NCBI RefSeq assembly: GCF_000981785.2
Contig: NZ_CP011304.1
Location: 3,750,001 to 3,782,000, forward strand
DNA: 32,000 nt
Source of the DNA: Microcystis aeruginosa NIES-2549
GTDB taxonomy: Bacteria > Cyanobacteriota > Cyanobacteriia > Cyanobacteriales > Microcystaceae
Reading direction: 5' to 3'
Each line of letters starts with the position of its first letter. The stretch's first letter is position 1. The notes under the pieces were generated by a model. The model was not told where the DNA came from. It did not search any database and was given only the letters and a program-made list of their open reading frames with translations. Shown here piece by piece: positions 17,401 through 26,400 of this stretch. The translations under genes and the position numbers were made by a program.

Positions 17401-20400
17401 CCCGGAAAGAGTACCGGCAGTGAGGCGAAGTGTGCCGCTAGTGCTGACATAATCATTGCCAGCCGTGGCGGTTCCCGCAGTGACACTATAATCGACACTC
17501 ACATCTTGCCCACTACGAGCAGAGAGGCTGACTTGGAAGATCAACTGGGTTGTTGTGCCGCTATTGCCTTCCAGCACTTGGGAAGGTTGTGCCGAGATGA
17601 TGGGAAGTGAATCATTATCGTTGATTGTCCCAGTGCTGGTACTGTTGGCGATCGCCCCGTTGGTCGGGTTGCTGAGATTAACGCTGAAGGTTTCCGGGGT
17701 GGGTTCGTAGAGGGTATCGTCGTTGATTACCACACTAATCGTTTTACTGCTATCTCCCGTGCCAAAGCTAAGGCTACCGCTGGTGCTGACGTAGTCTCCA
17801 TTAGCAATGGTACTGCCGAAAGCCGTTCCGTTGGCGGTGGCATAGTTGACTGTAGCAGTGCTGGTTCCGTTACTAATTGGATCGGTGGCGGTGACGGTAA
17901 AGATGGCAGTGCCAGCATTTTCATTGACTGTTACATTGTTAATGCTGAATACGGCTTGGTCAATGACCCCGATGGTAACGGTTTTGTTGGTTGATACCCC
18001 ACTGCCGTTTTGATCGGTGGCAATGACATCAATACTGTAGCTAGATTTAGTTTCGTAATCTGCGGAGGCTTTGAGACGTACTTCTCCGTTATTACTGCCA
18101 ATTGTGAAGGCACTGGCATCGTTTCCGCCTAGACTCCAAACGATTTGGTTAACTGGGCCATCGGTATCGGTGGCGGCGGCGGTATAGATGAGGGTGCTGA
18201 TGGAGGCATTTTCTAGTACCGTAGCGCTGTTGCTGCTGGTGATGACGGGTGCTTGGTTTGTATTTGTATCATCATTTTGAATTGTTCCCGTCGCCGTTGC
18301 TGTAGTAATCGTGGCATTGGTCGGGGTGTCAAGGGTGACAGTAAACCCTTCATCGGGTTCAACAGTCGTGTCTCCTGAGACATTGACGGTGATGGTTTGA
18401 CTGGTTTCATTGGCGGCAAAACTCACTGTCCCAGAAGGTAAGATTCCCCCAACAAAGTCAGTAGCATTGGCTTGGTTAGTCCCAGTCCCGGTAACAGTCC
18501 AGTTGGCGCTACTGCTACCAGAGGTATCCCCACTACGAGTGACGGTGAAGGTAAAGGCTTTTGTCCCTGTATTTCCTTCGGTTTGGCTGAGAGTCGAGGG
18601 GGTGATTGCCAAAGCTGGATCATCATCATCATTTTGAATTGTTCCCGTCGCCGTTGCTGTAGTAATCGTGGCATTGGTCGGGGTGTCAAGGGTGACAGTA
18701 AACCCTTCATCGGGTTCAACAGTCGTGTCTCCTGAGACATTGACGGTGATGGTTTGACTGGTTTCATTGGCGGCAAAACTCACTGTCCCAGAAGGTAAGA
18801 TTCCCCCAACAAAGTCAGTAGCATTGGCTTGGTTAGTCCCAGTCCCGGTAACAGTCCAGTTGGCGCTACTGCTACCAGAGGTATCCCCACTACGAGTGAC
18901 GGTGAAGGTAAAGGCTTTTGTCCCTGTATTTCCTTCGGTTTGGCTGAGAGTCGAGGGGGTGATTGCCAAAGCTGGATCATCATCATCATTTTGAATTGTT
19001 CCCGTCGCCGTTGCTGTAGTAATCGTGGCATTGGTCGGGTTAGAAAGGGTGACGGTAAACTCTTCATTTGTTTCAACAGTCGTGTCTCCTGAGACATTGA
19101 CGGTGATGATTTGACTGGTTTCATTGGCGGCAAAACTCACTGTCCCTGACGGTAAGGTTCCCCCAACAAAGTCAGTAGCATTGGCCTGATTAGTCCCAGT
19201 CCCGGTAACAGTCCAGTTGGCGCTACTGGTACCAGTGGTATTCCCACTGCGAGTGACGGTGAAGGTAAAGGCTTTTGTCCCTGTATTTCCTTCGGTTTGG
19301 CTGAGAGTCGAGGGGGTGATTGCCAAAGCTGGATCATCATCATCATTTTGAATTGTTCCCGTCGCCGTTGCTGTAGTAATCGTGGCATTGGTCGGGGTGT
19401 CAAGGGTGACAGTAAACCCTTCATCGGGTTCAACAGTCGTGTCTCCTGAGACATTGACGGTGATGATTTGACTGGTTTCATTGGCGGCAAAACTCACTGT
19501 CCCAGAAGGTAAGATTCCCCCAACAAAGTCAGTAGCATTGGCTTGGTTAGTCCCAGTCCCGGTAACAGTCCAGTTGGCGCTACTGGTACCAGTGGTATTC
19601 CCACTGCGGTTGACGGTGAAGGTAAAGGCTTTTGTCCCTGTATTTCCTTCGGTTTGGCTGAGAGTCGAGGGGGTGATTGCCAAAGCTGGATCATCATCAT
19701 CATTTTGAATTGTTCCCGTCGCCGCTGCTGTGGTAATTGTGGCATTGGTCGGGGTGTCAAGGGTGACAGTAAACCCTTCATCGGGTTCAACAGTCGTGTC
19801 TCCTGAGACATTGACGGTGATGATTTGACTGGTTTCATTGGCGGCAAAACTCACTGTCCCAGAAGGTAAGATTCCCCCAACAAAGTCAGTAGCATTGGCT
19901 TGGTTAGTCCCAGTCCCGGTAACAGTCCAGTTGGCGCTACTGGTACCAGTGGTATTCCCACTGCGGTTGACGGTGAAGGTAAAGGCTTTTGTCCCTGTAT
20001 TTCCTTCGGTTTGGCTGAGAGTCGAGGGGGTGATTGCCAAAGCTGGATCATCATCATCATTTTGAATTGTTCCCGTCGCCGCTGCTGTGGTAATTGTGGC
20101 ATTGGTCGGGTTAGAAAGGGTGACGGTAAACTCTTCATTTGTTTCAACAGTCGTGTCTCCTGAGACATTGACGGTGATGATTTGACTGGTTTCATTGGCG
20201 GCAAAACTCACTGTCCCTGACGGTAAGGTTCCCCCAACAAAGTCAGTAGCATTGGCCTGATTAGTCCCAGTCCCGGTAACAGTCCAGTTGGCGCTACTGC
20301 TACCAGAGGTATCCCCACTACGAGTGACGGTGAAGGTAAAGGCTTTTGTCCCTGTATTTCCTTCGGTTTGGCTGAGAGTCGAGGGGGTGATTGCCAAAGC

Positions 20401-23400
20401 TGGATCATCATCATCATTTTGAATTGTTCCCGTCGCTGTGTTCGCCGTACCTACTGTATAACCGGTTCCCCCAGCGAGGGTCAAAATGACGGTTTCATCC
20501 GGTTCCATTGTTGTGTCAGTAGTGGGGTCAACCGTTACAGTCGCAGTCGCTGACCCAGCCAAGAAGTTGACACTGGTGGGAATAGAAGCGTAATCGGTTC
20601 CATTGGTTGCTGTACCACTGACTGTATAGTTAACCGTCAAAGGATTGGTTGTTAGTCCTGTACGGGTGAAGGTATAAACCAGATTTGTTGTCCCGTCTTC
20701 GGTAACACTTCCAGGCGCAACCGCAACCGTAACACTGGTATCGTCATTTGTAATTGTTCCCGTCGCTGTGCTCGCCGTACCTAAGGTATAACCGGTTCCC
20801 TCAGTCAGGGTGAAAATGACGGTTTCATCCGGTTCAACTATTGTGTCAGCAGTGGGGTCAACCGTTACAGTCGCAGTTGCAGAATTAGCCGCGAAGGTGA
20901 TGGTTTTTCCGGTTCCGGGGGTTGCTCCACTGTAGTCGCTGCTCTCGGCTGTTCCGGTGATGCTGTAGTTGACCGTCAAAGGATTGTTTATTAGTCCTGT
21001 ACGGGTGAAGGTATAAACCAGATTTGTTGTCCCATCTTCATTAACACTTCCAGGCGCAACCGCAAGGGTGATGCCAGGTAAATCGTCATTCGTAATTGTT
21101 CCCGTCGCCGTTGCTGTCGTAATATAGGCGTTCGTCGGGCTAGAAAGGGTGACGGTAAACCCTTCATCGAGTTCAACGTCGGTGTCTCCTGACACATTGA
21201 CGGTGATGGTTTGACTGGTTTCATTGGCGGCAAAATTCACCGTCCCTGACGGTAAAGTTACTCCAAAGTCAGTAGCATTGGCTGGATTAGTCCCAGTCCC
21301 GGTAACAGCCCAGTTGACGCTACTGCTATCAGAGGTATCCCCAGTGCGGGTGACGGTAAAGGTAAAGGCTTTTGTCCCTGTATCTCCTTCGGTTTGGCTG
21401 GCATTAGTCGCCGCAATCGCTAACCAAGGAACATTCTGATAAAACAGCGTGTTGCCAAATTCTTCTCCGACAAAGGCATCCAGGTCGCCGTCGCCGTCAA
21501 TATCCACTAACGTCGGCTTGACAAAAGTAGACACCTTCGTCAGACCGAAGGGGTTGGTGGAGGGAGCAGCGAAGGTGGGCGCACTGGCACTCCCCGTATT
21601 CCGATAAAACAGCGTATTGCCAAGGGAGTTGCCAACGAAGGCATCCAGGTCGCCGTCGCCGTCAATATCCACTAACGTCGGCTTGGCATACAAACCCACA
21701 TTCGTCAGACCGAAGGGGTTGGTGGAGGGAGCAGCGAAGGTGGGCGCACTCGCACTTCCCGTATTCCGATAAAACACTATATTGCCATCGCTGTTTCCGG
21801 CGAAGGCATCCAGGTCGCCGTCGTTGTCAATATCCACAAACGTCGGCTTGGCATTAGCACCTAAATCTGTCAGACCGAAGGGGTTGGTGGAGCGAGCAGC
21901 GAAGGTGGGCGCACTGGCACTCCCCGTATTCCGATAAAACAGTATATTGCCGTCTCCGTTGCCGACGAAGGCATCCAGGTCGCCGTCGCCGTCAATATCC
22001 ACAAACGTCGGCGCGGCAGCCACCGCCACAGTCGTCAGACCGAAGGGGTTGGTGGAGGGAGCGGCGAAGGTGGGCGCACTCGCACTCCCTGTATTCCGAT
22101 AAAACAGCGTATTGCCATCGAAGTTGCTGACAAAGGCATCCAGGTCGCCGTCGCCGTCAATATCCACTAACGCCGGATGGGAAAAACTAAGCACATCCGT
22201 CAGACCGAAGGGGTTGGTGGAGGCAGGGGCGAAGGTGGGATCTTGTTGCGCGATGTCATTATCGGTAATTTGGGCAACGACGTTAGGGATACTTCTGCCG
22301 TTATAGCCACTGTCGCTACTGCTGACTGTGGTGGTAATTACGCCCCGGTGCGGCCCTTCCCCAATCGTGTCATTGACTGCGGTTACAGTCACAGTTTGAG
22401 GGGTATTCCAGTTAGCCGAGGTGAAGGTCAGGCTTGTCTGACTCAGGCTTAACTGGTTGCCCGGATTCAGGGCAAGGATGACATCTGCTGTGGGAGCCCC
22501 CTTTAGAGCAACGGTATAGGTGGCTGTTGCGCCGCTTTCGGTTACTTGCAGTAGTGTATTGCTGAGGATGATTCCGGGATCATCATTGAGAATTGTTCCC
22601 GTCGCCGTTGCTGTCGTAATCGTGGCATTCGTCGGACTAGAAAGGGTGACGGTAAACCCTTCATCGGGTTCAATAGTCGCGTCTCCTGATACATTGACGG
22701 TGATGACTTTACTGGTTTCATTGGCGGCAAAACTCACTGTCCCAGAAGGTAAGATTCCCCCAAAGTCAGTAGTATTGGCTGGGTTAGTCCCAGTCCCGGT
22801 AACAGCCCAGTTAGCGCTACTGGTACCAGAGGTATTCCCACTGCGGGTGACGGTAAAGGTAAAGGCTTTTGTCCCTGTATCTCCTTCAGTTTCGCTGGCA
22901 TCAGTCGCCGCAATCGCTAAGGCAGTATCATCATTCGTAATTGTTCCCGTCGCTGTGCTCGCCGTACCTAAGGTATAACCGGTTCCCTCAGTGAGGGTGA
23001 AAATGACGGTTTCATCCGGTTCAACTATTGTGTCAGCAGTGGGGTCAACCGTTACCGTCGCAGTCGTTGACCCAGCCAAGAAGGTGATGGTTTTTCCGTC
23101 TCCCGGGGTTACTCCACTGTAGTCGCTGCTATCGGCTGTTCCGGTGATGCTGTAGTTAACCGTCAAAGCATTGGTTGTTAGTCCTGTACGGGTGAAGGTA
23201 TAAACCAGATTTGTTGTCCCATTTTCGGTAACACTTCCAGGCGCAACCGCAAGGGTGATGATAGGGAAATCGTCATTCGTAATTGTTCCCGTCGCTGTGT
23301 TCGCCGTACCTACTGTATAACCGGTTCCCCCAGCGAGGGTCAAAATGACGGTTTCATCCGGTTCCATTGTTGTGTCAGTAGTGGGGTCAACCGTTACCGT

Positions 23401-26400
23401 CGCAGTCTCTGACCCAGCCGCGAAGGTGATGGTTTTTCCGGTTCCGGGGGTTGCTCCACTGTAGTCGCTGCTATCGGCTGTACCACTGACTGTATAGTTA
23501 ACCGTCAAAGCATTAGTCGTTACTCCACTACGGGTGAAGGTATAAACCAGATTTGGTGTTCCGTCTTCGGTAACACTTCCAGGCGCAACCGCAACCGTAA
23601 CACTGGTATCGTCATTTGTAATTGTTCCCGTCGCTGTGCTCGCCGTACCTAAGGTATAACCGGTTCCCTCAGTGAGGGTGAAAACGACGGTTTCATCCGG
23701 TTCAACTATTGTGTCAGTAGTGGGGTTAACCGTTACAGTCGGTGCAGTCGCTGATCCAGCCGCGAAGGTGATGGTTTTTCCGGCTCCGGGGGTTGCTCCA
23801 ATGTAGTCGCTGCTATCGGCTGTTCCGGTGATGCTGTAGTTGACCGTCAAAGCATTGGTTGTTGGTCCTGTACGGGTAAATGTATAAACCAGATTTGTTG
23901 TCCCGTCTTCGGTAACACTTCCAGGCGCAACCGCAAGGGTGATGCTAGGTAAATCGTCATTCGTAATTGTTCCCGTCGCCGTTGCTGTCGTAATATAGGC
24001 ATTCGTCGGGCTAGAAAGGGTGACGGTAAACCCTTCGTTAGCTTCAAAGTCGGTGTCTCCTGACACATTGACGGTGATGGTTTGACTGGTTTCATTGGCG
24101 GCAAAATTCACCGTCCCTGACGGTAAGGTTTCCCCAAAGTCGGCAGCATTGGCCTGATTAGTCCCAGTCACGGTAACAGCCCAGTTGACGCTACTGCTAT
24201 CAGAGGTATCCCCACTGCGGGTGACGGTAAAGGTAAAGGCTTTTGTCCCTGTATCTCCTTCGGTTTGGCTGGCATTAGTCGCCGCAATCGCTAACCAAGG
24301 AACATTCTCATAAAACAGCGTGTTGCCCACCCAGTTGCCAATAAAGGCATCCAGGTCGCCGTCGCCGTCAATATCCACTAACGTCGGCGCGGCATCATAA
24401 ACCACATCCGTCAGACCGAATGGGTTGTAAGAGGGAGCAGCGAAGGTGGGCGCACTGGCACTCCCCGTATTGCGATAAAACAGCGTATTGCCAAGCTCGT
24501 TGCCGATGAAAGCATCCAAGTCGCCGTCGCCGTCAATATCCACAAACGTCGGCTGGGCATAAGTAACCACATTCGTCAGACCGAAGGGGTTGGTGGAGGG
24601 AGTAGCGAAGGCAGGCGCACTGGCACTCCCGGTATTGCGATAAAACAGCGTATTGCCATAGTAGTTGCCAATAAAGGCATCCAGGTCGCCGTCGTCGTCA
24701 ATATCCACTAACGTCGGCACGGCATCATAAATCACATCCGTCAGACCGAAGGGGTTGGTGGAGGGAGCAGCGAAGGTGGGGGCGCTGGCACTCCCCGTAT
24801 TCCGATAAAACAGCGTATTGCCCTCTTCGTTTCCGATGAAAGCATCCAGGTCGCCGTCGCCGTCAATATCCACAAACGTCGGCGCGGCATACAAACCCAC
24901 ATCCGTCAGACCGAAGGGGTTGGTGGAGCCAGCAGCGAAGGCAGGCGCACTCGCACTTCCCGTATTCCGATAAAACAGCGTATTACCAAAGAAGTCGCCG
25001 ACAAAGGCATCCAGGTCGCCGTCGTTGTCAATATCCACTAACGTCGGCGTGGTATAATCACCCGCATCCGGCAGACCGAAGGGGTTGGTGGAGGCAGGGG
25101 CGAAGGTGGGATCTTGTTGCGCGATGTCGTTATCGGTGATTTGGGCAAGGACGTTAGCAACAGGTATGCCGTTATAGACACTGTCGCTACTGCTGACTGT
25201 GGTGCTAATTACGCCCCGGTGCGGTCCTTCCCCAATCGTGTCATTGACTGCGGTTACAGTCACAGTTTGGGGGGTATCCCAGTTAGCCGAGGTGAAGGTC
25301 AGGCTTGTCTGACTCAGGCTTAACTGTCTGCCCGGATTCAGGGTAAGGATGACATCTGCTGTGGGAGCATCGTTAAGAACAACGGTATAGGTGGCTGTTG
25401 CGCCGTCTTCGGTTACTTGCAGTAGTGTATTGCTGAGGGCGATTTTGGGATCATCATTGAGAATTGTTCCCGTCGCCGTTGCTGTGGTAATCGTGGCATT
25501 CGTCGGGCTAGAAAGGGTGACGGTAAACCCTTCATTAGTTTCAATGTCGATGTCTCCTGACACATTGACGGTGATGGTTTTACTGGTTTCATTGGCGGCA
25601 AAACTCACTGTCCCAGAAGGTAAGATTCCCCCAAAGTCAGTAGCATTGGCTGGGTTAGTCCCAGTCCCGGTAACAGCCCAGTTGGCGCTACTGGTACCAG
25701 AGGTTTTCCCACTGCGGGTGACGGTAAAGGTAAAGGCTTTTGTCCCTGTATCTCCTTCAGTTTGAATTGCATTCGTCGCCGCAATCGCTAAGCCAGGATC
25801 GTCATTTGTAATTGTTCCCGTCGCTGTGCTCGCCGTACCTACTGTATAACCGGTTCCCTCAGTGAGGGTGAAAACGACGGTTTCATCCGGTTCAAATGTT
25901 AGATCAAAAACGGGGTCAACCGTTACAGTCACAGTTGCAGAATTAGCCGCGAAGGTGATGGTTTTTCCGGTTCCGGGGGTTGCTCCACTGTAGTCGCTGC
26001 TATCGGCTGTTCCGGTGATGCTGTAGTTGACCGTCAAAGCATTGGTTGTTGGTCCTGTACGGGTGAAGGTATAAACCAGATTTGTTGTCCCATCTTCATT
26101 AACACTTCCAGGCGCAACCGCAAGGGTGATGCTAGGTAAATCGTCATTCGTAATTGTTCCCGTCGCCGTTGCTGTCGTAATATAGGCATTCGTCGGGCTA
26201 GAAAGGGTGACGGTAAACCCTTCATTAGCTTCAAAGTCGGTGTCTCCTGACACATTGACGGTGATGACTTGACTGGTTTCATTGGCGGCAAAATTTACTG
26301 TCCCTGACGGTAAAGTTACTCCAAAGTCGGCAGCATTGGCCTGATTAGTCCCAGTCCCGGTAACAGCCCAGTTGACGCTACTGCTATCAGAGGTATCCCC

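Noticed and set aside
18274-20415. Regular 357-bp periodicity that could superficially suggest a CRISPR-like or satellite array.
   Set aside because: The units are contiguous with no unique spacers. They are far longer than CRISPR repeats and are in frame within a continuous protein-coding ORF encoding Calx-beta modules.
18274-20415. A possible diversity-generating retroelement target, because near-identical repeats differ at few positions.
   Set aside because: There is no reverse transcriptase or template repeat in the window. The differences are linked variant blocks shared between units and are not adenine-specific substitutions.
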